Positions 32,973-57,750 of a stretch of DNA of 64,000 nt are shown here, in pieces (position 1 is the stretch's first letter; every line of letters starts with the position of its first letter). Source of the DNA: Eledone cirrhosa (lineage: Eukaryota); assembly GCA_964016885.1 (NCBI GenBank), contig CAXHJY010001612.1, positions 29,788-93,787 of the forward strand, in the 5' to 3' direction. The translations under genes were made by a program, and so were the position numbers. Below the pieces are notes generated by a model. It was not told where the DNA came from. It saw only the letters and a list, made by a program, of their open reading frames with translations, and did not search any database.

Positions 32973-33326
32973 ATATATATATATATATACACACATGTAT
33001 ATATATATATATATATACACATGTATATATATATATATATACGTATATATACACATATGTATATATATATATACATATGTATATATATATATATATACAT
33101 ATGTATATATATATATATATATATACACATATATATATATATATATACATATATATACACATATGTATATATATATATACATATATACACATATGTATAT
33201 ATATATACATATATATACACATATGTATATATATATATATACACATATGTATATATATATATACATATATACACATATGTATATATATATACATATATAT
33301 ACACATATGTATATATATATATATAC

Positions 33327-33366
<40 letters not shown>

Positions 33367-33519
33367 GTATATATATATATATATATATACACATATGTAT
33401 ATATATGTATATATATATATATATATACACATATGTATATATATATATATATACACATATGTATATATATATATATACATATACACATATGTATATATAT
33501 ATATATATATACACATATG

Positions 33520-33555
<36 letters not shown>

Positions 33556-33620
33556 TATGTATATATATATATATATATATATACATATACACATATGTAT
33601 ATATATACATATATATACAC

Positions 33621-33660
<40 letters not shown>

Positions 33661-33790
33661 GTATATATATATATATATACACATATGTATATATATATAT
33701 ATACACAGATGTATATATATATATATATATACGTATATATACACATATGTATATATATATATACATATGTATATATATATATATATATAC

Positions 33791-33845
<55 letters not shown>

Positions 33846-34180
33846 CACATATGTATATATATATATATATATATACACATATGTATATATATATATATAC
33901 ACATATACACATATGTATATATATATATATACACATGTATATATATATATATACACATATGTATATATATATGTACACATGTATATATATATATATACAT
34001 ATGTATATATATATATATATATACACATGTATATATATATATATACATATGTATATATATATATATATACATATGTATATATATATATACACACACATGC
34101 ATATATATATATACACACATGCATATATATATATATATATACATGCTTATGTATATATATATACAAACACATATATATAT
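31880..34180. repeat. (TA)n/ACACATATGT microsatellite field, with a repeat fragment at 32698-32780
   Basis: Direct reading; the fragment matches 55838-55975. Confidence 0.9.
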
Positions 34181-34294
34181 AAGTTGGAATAGGATGAAAC
34201 GAAATTTCATTTCTCACTCTTAATACGGCACTTACTTAAATGTAAGTATGTATGTATACGTACATACATATATGTATACAGACGTACAGTAGCA

Positions 34295-34385
<91 letters not shown>

Positions 34386-34428
34386 ACATACAGGTACACA
34401 TATATATATGTACGTATCAGAAGAGTAT

Positions 34429-34471
34429 ACGGTGCTGATGATAGCTAAGAAGCTTGAAACTAGTATATCGT
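34429..34471 (+). ncRNA. Minimal type I hammerhead ribozyme
   Basis: ACGGTG-CTGATGA-T AGCT aaga AGCT T-GAAA-CTAG-TA-TATCGT. Stem I has 6 bp with 2 GU pairs; palindromic stem III ACTAGT; GUA triplet. It lies in the spacer of inverted repeat 34241-34420 / 34591-34742. Confidence 0.8.
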
Positions 34472-34628
34472 TCCTGTGTCGGTGTTGAACAAAAAGGTGA
34501 CGTGGTTGCCTTAACACCGTACGGCATAAATCAGGCTGTCCGTTTGTTTACAAAGGGACAAAGCCGGCGTTATAATAAACGTCCGCTAAACTGATACGTA
34601 CATATATATATATGTACCTGTATGTATA

Positions 34629-34688
<60 letters not shown>

Positions 34689-34738
34689 TGCTACTGTACG
34701 TCTGTATACATATATATATGTACGTATACATACATACT

Positions 34739-34786
<48 letters not shown>

Positions 34787-34807
34787 CACCTATGTATATA
34801 TATATAC

Positions 34808-34838
<31 letters not shown>

Positions 34839-34959
34839 CACATATGTATATATATATACATATATATATGTATACATATATATATACACATATGTACATA
34901 TATATATATATATACATATACATATGTGTATATATATATGTATACATATGTATATATAT

Positions 34960-35004
<45 letters not shown>

Positions 35005-35012
35005 CACATATG

Positions 35013-35044
<32 letters not shown>

Positions 35045-35137
35045 CACATATGTATATGTATATATACATATATATATATACACATATGTATATATACATA
35101 TATATATATACACATATGTATATATACATATATATTC

Positions 35138-35713
35138 ATACAAATATAAATTAGCGAAAATCGTATTTCAGCACAGGAATTAACGAAAATCAACATCCAA
35201 TATGTGTGGCAAGCGCTCGATGATTCATGTGAATCAGAGCTACAACATACGTTAAGGGCCAAACACACTGAGATGATGGTTAAACATATCATCCGCATAG
35301 CAAAAACAAACGACCAAGTAATACTGCCTACATCCATAAAGAATATCTGGCTTCAGGTAAGATGATGAACAAGGAAGTCGTGTTATCAACGGGTTTTGTT
35401 CTAGGATGCTATAGAAAGTGTGTCTATTACTGACCCCACGCGGAGTTCAGCAAGGGAGGGAACACCTCTATTTTGAAAATGATACAGTGGTGTATAATAT
35501 TGCGAGAATGCAAAATATCGAAAATCGAATAAAGCTCTCGACAGAAGGGTTAAATATAACAGAGCTGTTCAACAGTCAATAGAAGCAACTAAAAATATCA
35601 ATAAAATTAACTGCTCAAAGGCTAGACTCTGGAGATTAATACAAATATAAATTAGCGAGAATCGTATTTCAGCAGAGGAATTAACGAAAATCAACATCCG
35701 ATATGTGTGGCAA
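35138..35713. repeat. ~500-bp unit with ~75-bp terminal direct repeat
   Basis: ATACAAATATAAATTAGCGA.AATCGTATTTCAGCA.AGGAATTAACG...GTGTGGCAA at ~35138 and ~35639. Confidence 0.8.
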
Positions 35714-35714
35714 T

Positions 35715-38940
<3,226 letters not shown>

Positions 38941-39815
38941 TTTAGTTTTAATCAACCTAAAACTTTAATTTTAATTTGCTTAAAATTAGTATCCTTGTAC
39001 AGACGAATTGCAGAACGTCATGTAATCATAGAATGGGATGTGTTTTGGATATATACCTAGTTAATATATTCTGTGCAATTTTTTGAAAAAGATATGTATA
39101 TCTATATGTATATGTATATGTGTGTATTGTATGTGTATCTGTATGTATATTTATGTGACTATATATGTATGTATGTGTATATATATGTATATATATATAT
39201 ATATATATGTGTGTATATGTATATATATGTATATGTGTGTGTATATGTATGTGTATGCGTATTAATTTTGATTTTTATTTGCATATAATTATATTATGCT
39301 ATTGATGAAATACAATATCTGCTTTATGTATTGTATACCTAATTAACATATACTAATTAACGTATACTATTGAAATAAATATATAATTTTTAATTTAGTT
39401 AACATATAATTTATATGCTACTACCGATGTAATACTTTATTTTATTTTTATTTGGGTTTCTTTTCCCTATTACTAAATTCATCTCCTAATATTGATACCA
39501 TAACGTTATTAACTTTAATTTAGTTATAATGTAATTAATAATCTACTACTGTTTGACTTCATAAGTTTGCTTCAAATATTATAAACCTAACTAATTTACA
39601 CCTTGGAAATCAATATGTTGACTATCTTTGGTTTAGTTAACATATGATTAATGGTATACTTTTTTATTTTGGGATGCATAGATTTCGTATTTCCTAGCAC
39701 TGAAAATATGTAAGAACATACATTGAATTAAGATACGGAAAATATTATATGTTTCTTGAAACATATATTTACTTTGATCCCCTTCTCCAAACCCCCCCTT
39801 TCCCCCATACTATTA

Positions 39816-40405
39816 TCATCTGTTTTTGTAAGAATATATGTATGAATATATGTGTAGGTGGGTGTCTATATAGGTTTTGGTATTTATTTCTAAATATAAA
39901 AATACATATATGAGCATGTAAATATGAATATAAGATTGAGTGTGTATATATGATTGTACATACATATGTATGTATATATATGTATATATATGTATTATAT
40001 ATGTATGTGTATGTGAATGTGTGGTATGTATATGTGTATGTATATATGTGTATGTATGTGTATGCTTGTATATAGGAATATATATATGTGTATATATGTA
40101 TATATATGTATATGCGTGGTTGTATGTATGTGTATATGGGTTCTGTATATATTCGTATGTCTCTCTATTTATATGTTTATCTTCGTATCTATGTGATATA
40201 TGTGTGTGTGTGTGCATATATGCATATGTATGTGTTTGTGTGTGTTTGTATGTGTGTGTGTATATATATATGTATTTGCGCACACTCACATACACATATA
40301 TATATATATGTATATGTGAGTGTGTATGTGTGTCTGTGTGTGTGTGTGTGTGTGTATGTATATATATGTGTGTATATATGTGTATGTATGTATGTGTATA
40401 TATAT

Positions 40406-40443
<38 letters not shown>

Positions 40444-40699
40444 ATATGCGTATCTATGTGTGAATATATGTCTTTATTCGTATGTGTATATTTATGTATG
40501 TATATGTTTAGGTGTATGTATGTATGTGTATGTATGTGTGTGTATATATATATGTATATGTATATATGTATATGTGTGTATATATGTATATATATATATA
40601 TATATTATTCTTTATTATTATTGTAATATAACTTATGTGTATATGTGTATAAGTGAGGTTGTGTATGTATATATACTATGTGTATATATAAGAGTAATG

Positions 40700-40738
<39 letters not shown>

Positions 40739-40914
40739 CATGTCTGTTTTTTATGTGTGTGTATATATGTATGTGTATGTGTATATATGTGTATATATAT
40801 ATATATATATGTGTACGTGTGTGTATGTGGATATATATATATATATATATATACATGTGGGTGTTTGTATGTATATTTATGGTGGTATGAGTGTGGGGAT
40901 ATATATGTTTGTAT

Positions 40915-40948
<34 letters not shown>

Positions 40949-40969
40949 GAGTCTATGTGTGTGTGTATA

Positions 40970-41016
<47 letters not shown>

Positions 41017-41210
41017 ATGTGTGTATGTGTTGCGCGTGAGTGTGTGTGTATTTATATCTTTTTATATTTTTATATGTGTATGTGTATGTTCGTGTAAATG
41101 TATGTGTGTGTATGACAGTATAGGTATGTGTATATGTATGTATGTGTAGATATCTCTATGTGCGCGTACATGTATGTATGTGTATGTATATCTGTATGTG
41201 TATGTACATT
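39816..41210. repeat. Degenerate (TG)/(TA) microsatellite
   Basis: Direct reading. Confidence 0.9.
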
Positions 41211-42127
41211 TATTATATTTTATTGTTTTTATTTTATTTTTTTATTTTTCTTAATTTATAGATACATTTATTTTAGGCTGTCTGGTCTGACAATCTAATA
41301 CTGACCCCCCCCCCCCCTCCCACCTAATTTCTGTATCTTGATCTTGAAATGTGTGTACCAGTGTTTTTATGTGAGTGACTTAATTTCTATTTGCTTATGA
41401 TTTTATATCCACATATATAATGTGAGTGGGTGAATGTGTGTGTTTGTATGTTCGTGGTTATGTGTATATTTATGCATATACGCACATGTATGTGTGATTA
41501 TACTGATGTGTGTGAGTATGAAAAAAATATATTTATATGCTTGACTCCATAAGTATCTTTGCGTATCTTATCAGCGCATTAAGCTTACAGAGATATTAAC
41601 CTTGAAATTTTGTGTTTACATCCATCTTTTTAGTATACACATACAAATTATACACACATTATTGTAAAATATGTGTAAGGTATTTGCATGTATATACACA
41701 CACCAAACTGCTTTTAACCCTTTGTGTTTTCATTGGTCAATTTTGAACTGACATTTTGAATTGGTGTTATTATCAATAAATATACTTCATTATTTCTGAA
41801 GACGGCGTATATATGAGTTAGGTATGTATATTTAATCTTGATAATTTGTATAATTTTGTATAATTTTGTACATAGATCTGTTAAATATGCATACCAATTA
41901 TACACATATATGCCCTAGAAACGATCGTTAAATAGTGAACTTCTTTTGTTTAATATAAGGAATGGTTTGTTCATTATTTGGTTAATATTTTATCTTGACT
42001 CTGTATACCGTTTATCTTTCACCGAAAGTGGATTTTCATTACATCTCTTCTTTCCATGATATCCGGAATACATTGAGTTTCTTCATACGGATTGGACACT
42101 ACCGTAGAACTCTTGGTAGATTTATCT

Positions 42128-44818
<2,691 letters not shown>

Positions 44819-44834
44819 AGTTTTAATATAGATG

Positions 44835-44885
44835 AGATTCTACAGGACTAGAACTGTTTCATTCATTAGAAATCATCAGGAATCT
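44835..44885 (-). ncRNA. Type I hammerhead ribozyme (family GAGATTC)
   Basis: Minus strand reads AGATTC-CTGATGA-TTTCTAATGAAT-GAAA-CAGTTCTAGTCCTG-TA-GAATCT. Confidence 0.8.
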
Positions 44886-45419
44886 GGGTATCAAAAAATA
44901 AATATGGTATTTATAGGTCTCTACAAGTGGTAGGAGAGGGTGGGGAGTGGGATGGGTGCAGGTCATTGGTTGATAGAAAAGGGAATTCATTAAAACCTAA
45001 TTCTACAAAGCTATAGTTAATTTTTATTTTTATTTATATTTATTTATGTTTTTAGAGTAACAAAGGCAGACAGAATTCTATAAAGAGGTTCCGGATGGCA
45101 TACCATTCCTTGTCAATAAGTTTCTCTTAAGCTAACAGATGTCTATAAAATCAGTGGGGGGTCAGTCATGCTCGATAGAATTAAAGAAAAGGGAGATTCT
45201 TTAAAAGCTAAAGTCATTAAGGTTCTACTAAGTGACAAAGGTCTAGAGAATTCTGCAGACAGATTCAAAATACTGAGTGCATATCTTACTATTATCTTCG
45301 AACTTCTCTTAAACTAATCAACAATATGCCAAAAATCAACAGACACATTCACAAAAAAACAAAAAAACAAAAAAACAAAAAAAAAAACACACATAAAAAA
45401 CAAAAAAAAACACATACTC

Positions 45420-50828
<5,409 letters not shown>

Positions 50829-50832
<4 letters not shown>

Positions 50833-51393
50833 GATGTAAATAAGAAAGTCATGAAAATTGACTTACTTACTAAAATTTCACTCCAACTAATTAGTTTCTG
50901 TAAGGGGATATATATAGTTACGTAATATAACTATAGAGAAGCCTTACCTCATCTGGGAGTCTATTCTCAGCTAAGCCTACAGGCAATGCGGGTACACTGG
51001 GAACTTATATAAAAATAATTCAGTGGATGGAAAAAAGCGTGCGGGGCTAGATTCCAAGACATTGAAAAATTCACTGCCTACTTGGTCAAGTGGCAAATTC
51101 TAAAGAATCAATCACGTGACACTGAGGTTAATCAGCTAGGAGTGGGGTGCTATTAAGACAGAGCCTAGCCACTACTATCAGTCACAGTAGTAATTCCCGC
51201 AAATTTTGCTCAACAAATAATTTGGAGATAATTATAAAGAATTAATATATCTACCGACATATGTATACAGATGCATACCTATGCTAGCAAATATATATGT
51301 TTTGTCTTAGTAACTTTGTGGTTCAATGCAGGGGGATGCAGAACAATTATCTGAAAGATGTAAATAAGAAAGTTATGAAAATTGACTTACTTA
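50829..51393 (-). mobile_element. Diverged relative of the 569-bp unit (~525-bp unit with terminal redundancy); hammerhead at 50880-50960 has a CAGATGA core
   Basis: GAAAGATGTAAATAAGAAAGT.ATGAAAATTGACTTACTTAC occurs at both ends. Shared blocks with 604-1690 include AAAGAATCAATCACGTGACAC and GTGGTTCAATGCAG. Confidence 0.75.
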
Positions 51394-51854
51394 CATTAAT
51401 ATATGTCTGTATGTCAACCACGTAAATATATTTTGTAATATTTTGTGATATTTTGGTAATATTGATGCCAATGTAAAATGACTTGACCCCCGTGTATTTG
51501 TTACAATGGTATGGATATTTTTTTTCAACTCAATTTTTCAACACTATTTAGTTCTATATGATTTTTTTCTTACCCTGTGTAAAACTTTATACTATTTGTT
51601 AGCCTTTAATTAATTATATGATGTAATTTTGTATATCTTTTGATGCCAATATATTATAATATTGTTATTATAATGTTATTATAATGTTTTTATATTGTTT
51701 ATGTACACTGACAGCGAATTATATATTATATTTTATTTTTATTTTTATCTTTATTCTTATTTTTATCTTTATTATATTATACTGTAAACAATATATACAT
51801 ATATATTTAAATACTTAATAAGTGTTAGTTTGTGTTTGTACTAATGTATATATG

Positions 51855-51885
<31 letters not shown>

Positions 51886-51962
51886 CATATATCAAGCTTT
51901 TTATTATCACCATCTATTATACTAAATTATATTCTATATCGTTCTGTAATTCTCGCATTATA

Positions 51963-52135
51963 GTATCGGTAGAGGGTCGGACGCCATGCTTTCCAGCATA
52001 GTTACGTCCCTTTATGATCTGAGTTCAAATCCCGCTGAGGTTGACTTTGCCTTTCATCCTTACGGGGTTGATAAAATAAAGTACCAGTGATGCACTGGGT
52101 AATTTCTGGCCTTGTGCCTAAAGTAGAAACAATTA
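51963..52135 (+). mobile_element. SINE (second family)
   Basis: B box GAGTTCAAATCCC followed by GCCTTTCATCCTTACGGGGTTGATAAAATAAAGTACCAG and GGCCTTGTGCC; same family as 53605-54315. Confidence 0.8.
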
Positions 52136-52355
52136 TATTGCCATTTGTGTTTCAAGTTTTTACATTATATAATATTTACAATGTGGGTTCAACATGTTAA
52201 TCACTTCCTTGCTATTTGGTCTATATCTATGTTTATAACTGCTCGCTTTTAATCTTAGCCTACTTTTCCTTGATATCCTTCCTAGGCTTTAATAGATGTA
52301 TACTCCATATTCTTCTGAGTTTTTGGCTTGTATTAGCCGATAGTGCTTCTTGTAG

Positions 52356-52409
52356 CTTTACTTGCCCTGGTGAGTCCTTAATAGGACGAAACATTGTTGG
52401 CTAATAAAG
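52356..52409 (+). ncRNA. Degenerate minimal type I hammerhead (A6>G)
   Basis: CTTTACTTGCC-CTGGTGA-GTCCT taat AGGAC-GAAA-CATTG-TT-GGCTAATAAAG. Confidence 0.6.
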
Positions 52410-52550
52410 ACTTCTGATGTATTGAAGGTTTCTTTGGTTTATTTTTTATAATTCTTCGGCTCTGTTTAATTACATTGAGCTATATCTTATACTGTCATTG
52501 CTATAATATGAAGAGTGTGTTTAACTCCAACTCACTCTAGTATTTTAATT

Positions 52551-52601
<51 letters not shown>

Positions 52602-52734
52602 AAGTTGTGGACCATAACGAACTAGTGTACTCGATACATAGGGTCGTTTAGTGGGTAAGAGGGAAAGATCTAAAGTTCGGATCTAGCTGTCGAAACGGCT
52701 GGAGCTCAGCCTTCGGGATTCTGACTCTTTTCCC

Positions 52735-52964
<230 letters not shown>

Positions 52965-53273
52965 ATATGTATATATATATATACAATAATACATCAGTTT
53001 ATACGGTCTAGACAAAATATATCCCAGATATAGTTATAAAGTGGAAGAAAAGAAGGGAAGTAGGCAATGACCACTCATATGAAGATTATAAAAATCGATT
53101 CCTAAAGCGTATTCAGCTCTACAGTCGAGCAGAATTATGGACCCTACGCGGAACGACTTTTAAGCCTCCCTGCATTCTCCTGTTTAAGTGGCATCTACAC
53201 GTACGTTTACAGTTTGTGTTGACTGTATGGCTGATGACAGAACTGTATTATAGTAAGATGCCGCCTACTGATG

Positions 53274-53347
<74 letters not shown>

Positions 53348-53604
53348 AAGAAAGAGAGAGAGAGAACGAGAGAGTCCCAGGTTTAATCGGGGTTAACTAC
53401 AGTTAGTAATGTACTCAATACATTCCTAGAGTCTAAACATTGCGTTTAATATAGAAATGGCTTCTACAGAAGTAGAAATGTCTCATTCAAAAGAAATCAT
53501 CAGGGCTTTCATGAGGATTTCTTTTGAATGGAACAGTTCTAGTCCTGTAGAAGACATTTTATGGCTAATATAAAAATCATGAGGATTTCTATGTTGAATG
53601 ATAA

Positions 53605-54315
53605 TAATAATTGTTTCGACTTTAGGCACAAGGCCAACACTTTGAAGGGGAGGGGAAAGTCAATTAAATCGACCCCAGAGCATTATTGGTCCTTTATTTT
53701 ATCGACCCTGTAAGGATGAAAAAACAAAGTTAACCTCGGCGGGATTTGAACTGGGAACGTAAAGGGCATAACTCTGTTATAAAACATGGTGTTCGGCAAT
53801 GTACCGATACTGCCAATCCACAGACATAGGAGAGGATGAACGGAGAGACCTTTGTCAACTTGTTACTGACTGTTCCCTAATTGAAATATGCAGATCGTTT
53901 AACATCTGTGTGAGATTTTCAAAAATGAACCATAATAGGGATAATAATAATTGTTTCTACTTTTGGCACAAGGCCAGCAATTAACCAGTGTATTACTGGT
54001 ACTTTATTATATCGACCCCGTAAGGATGAAAGGCAAAGTTAACCTCGGCGGGATTTGATAAAAATAATGATAGTAATCTTAGTGATGATGATGATGATAA
54101 TGATGATACTGATGACGATAATAATTGTTTCTTCTTTTGGCACAAGGCCAGCAAATACCCAGTGCATTACTGGTACTATATTTTATCGACCCCGTAAGGA
54201 TGAAAGGCAAAGTTAACCTCGGCGGGATTTGAACTCAGAATGGAAAGGGCCGTAACTCTATGCGTCAAAGCATGGCGTCCGACCCTCTACCGATACTGCC
54301 AATCCCCCGCCCTAT
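53605..54315 (-). mobile_element. Three tandem or partial SINE copies (~53605-53820, ~53943-54060, ~54120-54315)
   Basis: Repeated GGCACAAGGCCA...TATCGACCC.GTAAGGATGAAA..CAAAGTTAACCTCGGCGGGATTTGA. Confidence 0.8.
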
Positions 54316-54612
54316 ATGACGATAGTAATGATTAGGATGTTGATGATGATGATGATGAGGAGGATGATGATGATGGCGATGATAATGATTACGATGCTGA
54401 CGAAGATAATGATGATGATGACGACGGTGATGATGATAATGATGATGATAATAATGATAATGATGATGAAAATGATGATAATGATGATGGTGGTGACGAT
54501 AATAATGGTGATGAGGATGTTAATGATGATGATACGACGACAACGACGATGATGATAATAATGTCGATGATGATGATAACGATAATGATGATGATGTTGA
54601 TGATGCTGATGA
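54316..54612. repeat. (GAT)n microsatellite
   Basis: Direct reading. Confidence 0.95.
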
Positions 54613-54954
54613 TCCTCCTACCCCCCCCCCCCCTCCCTTCCGCATCATCATCATGACGATGACACTATTCGTTATCATTATTTTGTTATTGTAATGTCTT
54701 TTTGAAAAGTTTAATTAGGCGATGTAAAAGAAACAAATTGTTAGATTTAAATTAAAACGCCATTTATTACACATGATGAATCCGAGATAGACTATCAAAG
54801 AATAGCCATTATCTGTAAAGAACAGGCAAGGTGGTCGGTTTAGGAAGTGGGGAGAGAAGACGGAGGCCGGATTATAAATTATCATGTAGAGAGATCCTAT
54901 CTATTCATCATTGGCTCTTTGTGTTATGTCCGTGCACAATATATATATATATAT

Positions 54955-55002
54955 ATATACACCCCCACATATACATATATAGCTATATACGTTGTGGAAG
55001 TA

Positions 55003-55057
<55 letters not shown>

Positions 55058-55097
55058 CCCCACATATACATATATATCTATATACATTGTGGAAGTA

Positions 55098-55134
<37 letters not shown>

Positions 55135-55177
55135 CCCCACATATACATATATATCTATATACGTTGAGGAAGTACCA

Positions 55178-55185
<8 letters not shown>
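54955..55185. repeat. Three-copy minisatellite ACACCCCCACATATAC...GAAGTACCAA separated by (TA)n of variable length
   Basis: Direct reading. Confidence 0.85.
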
Positions 55186-55209
<24 letters not shown>

Positions 55210-55281
55210 GTACATATATATATATATATAGAGAGAGAGACGAAACATAAGTCAATTGCATGAACTCATAATCCTTTATTT

Positions 55282-55337
55282 ACTGCTATATATATTTCGA
55301 TGATAGCCATTGAATGGCTATGACCTCATCAGGCAGT
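55282..55337 (-). ncRNA. Minimal type I hammerhead with canonical core
   Basis: ACTGC-CTGATGA-GGT c ATAGCCAT tca ATGGCTAT c ATC-GAAA-TATATA-TA-GCAGT. G10.1-C11.1, AUA triplet, stem III ATATATAT. Confidence 0.85.
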
Positions 55338-55395
55338 TAGTCAGTCCTTAGATATGCCAGCTCTGTGTTTATAATGTTGATGGTATCAGAGCCTT

Positions 55396-55455
<60 letters not shown>

Positions 55456-55789
55456 ATAAGCAGACTGTATTATTGATTTAGGTGTTGCAGAAATCCAATT
55501 TCGGAGTATTCCATCTTCCCCGAGGGTCCGGGTAAATATTTCAATTATATCTCATTTTGTTTGACCCGTTTAGCTTGTTCGCTTGTTTGGCTATGGTGGT
55601 TAATGGCTTCTTAACCATCGTCTCAGCGTGTATGACCATTTTAACTTATGTTTATAGCTCTGGTATCTTCTTCATATCCATGGAGCGCTTGTCTGCACAA
55701 TATGGAAGTTGCATTTCGGTAATTTCTACCCTCCGAAATGCGATTCTCGCTAAATTTATATATTTATATATATATAATGTTGTGTAACT

Positions 55790-55838
<49 letters not shown>

Positions 55839-55914
55839 CGAAGGAAATGTGGTAAGGAACCAGGTGGACCATAACGCACCAAAGTACTCAATACTTGAGG
55901 TAGTAGAGTGGGTA

Positions 55915-56040
55915 ATAGGAACCAGTAGGACCCCGACAGCTGAGCTCAAGCCGTTTCGACGGCTAATTCTGGACCCTAAATCTTGGTCCAGAATTAGCCG
56001 TCGAAACGGCTTGAGCTCAGCTGTCGGGGTCCTACTGGTT

Positions 56041-56045
<5 letters not shown>
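55915..56045. repeat. Perfect palindrome, 61-bp arms and 9-nt loop
   Basis: 55915-55975 is the reverse complement of 55985-56045. Confidence 0.9.
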
Positions 56046-56080
<35 letters not shown>

Positions 56081-56504
56081 TTGTAAATAGCAGCTGTTTT
56101 AGGTTATGTAACTGTTATAGAAACACGTGTCAATAAATTCCTTTCAACTAAACTGTATCCATTCAAATCTTTCTATATATATATATATATATACATTCAT
56201 ACAAGAATTGAGACAAAGACAGGAGATTATATTTCCATATTTTATAACGTGATGTATATTTTTGTACTTTCCATATGCTAATTAGGTTTACGTAGTTATG
56301 TAATGGCGGTTATATCGAGGCCACATCTTCAGACGTGAGAATGTTGTTAAATTAACATCATAAGGCACTCATTGGATATCAAGTTTATTGTTTCTATATT
56401 AGAAAAAATCCCCTTTCCTCTCTTAATGTTCATCTCCACAAAACTCCACAACTACACCACCATATCACCACCACATAACAACAACAAAGCATCATAACAC
56501 GGCT

Positions 56505-56836
56505 ATAAAGACCGCCTTTGGTCTGGTATGACCAGGGGATTTGCACCTAGAAAGTTTCACTCCGAGGCACAAGTTCAGGCGAGGTTTGTTTGTGGAAGAC
56601 CAGCAGTCGCCTATGCGTACTAGTCGCCCCTCTGCATACTACCGATGATGTCCAAGGGAAAGGCAATGGCCGATACAGCTTGGCACCAGTGAGATCTCAA
56701 CTCATTTCTACAGCTGAGTGAACTGGAGCAACGTGAAATTAAGTGTCTTGCTCAGAGACACAACGTAATGCCCGGTCCGATAATCGAACTCTCAACCTCA
56801 CGTGTAAGCCCGAGGCTCTAACCATTAAGCCATGCC
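56505..56836 (-). mobile_element. tRNA-derived SINE
   Basis: Minus strand has A box TGGCTTAATGG and B-box-like AGTTCGATTAT, then GAGCAAGACACTTAATTTCACGTTGCTCCAG, shared with 4661-4955. Confidence 0.75.
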
Positions 56837-56949
56837 CTTAGCACAATTACAACAGTTGTTTCAGTTAACCAGAATTCCCATGCTCACAGAACACAGTATT
56901 ACCATTCCTAACATCAGGACAAGGACCGTATACAACTCTACTAACTCCT

Positions 56950-57610
56950 TAACTACCACCATCAACCCCACCACCATTACACTTTCCTTAGTAGCAATTA
57001 CAGCAACAACATTATCACCACCACAATCAGATCTACCATCGACTCACCGTTCACCAACAACATCACAAATACAAACAACACAATTACAAACACCACCATC
57101 ACCAACACCAACACCACCAACACCATCAGAAATACAAACAACGCAATTACAAACACCACCACCACCAGCACCAACACCAAACCACCACCACCACCACAAA
57201 TACAAACAACACAATTACAAACAACACCAGCACCAACACCAAACAACCACCACCACCACAAATACAAACAACACAATTACAAACAACACCACCACCAACA
57301 CCACCACCACCACCACCACCACCACCACCACCACCACCATCACAAATACAAACAACACAATTACAAACACCACCAACACCAACAACACCACCACCAATAA
57401 CAACAACAACGACAACAACACAAACACAGCTATCTATGTACAACATATCCGATTAATAGAACTACTACAAAATATCACAATAAATAAGAAACAACAACAA
57501 CACAAACACAGCTATCTATGTACAACATATCCGATTAATAGAACTACTACAAAATATCACAATAAATAAGAAACAACAACAACAACAACAACAACAACGA
57601 CAACAAAAAC
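56950..57610. repeat. (CAA/CAC)n low-complexity tract with an 82-bp tandem duplication (~57416-57580)
   Basis: AGCTATCTATG at 57428 and 57510. Confidence 0.85.
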
Positions 57611-57704
57611 ATTAACTATATCAACAAAACAAAATCCCCGTTTCTTGCAATTGACAATTCCTAGCTGTACACACACACACATAAACGTATATATAGTATA
57701 TATA

Positions 57705-57735
<31 letters not shown>

Positions 57736-57750
57736 ATATATATATATATA

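Noticed and set aside
56085-56140. GAAACACGTGTC palindromic stem III-like motif
   Set aside because: No CTGANGA core upstream.
54316-57569. Met-rich (54316-54552) and Thr/Asn-rich (56832-57569) ORFs
   Set aside because: They are (GAT)n and (CAA/CAC)n simple repeats; the second starts inside an antisense SINE head.
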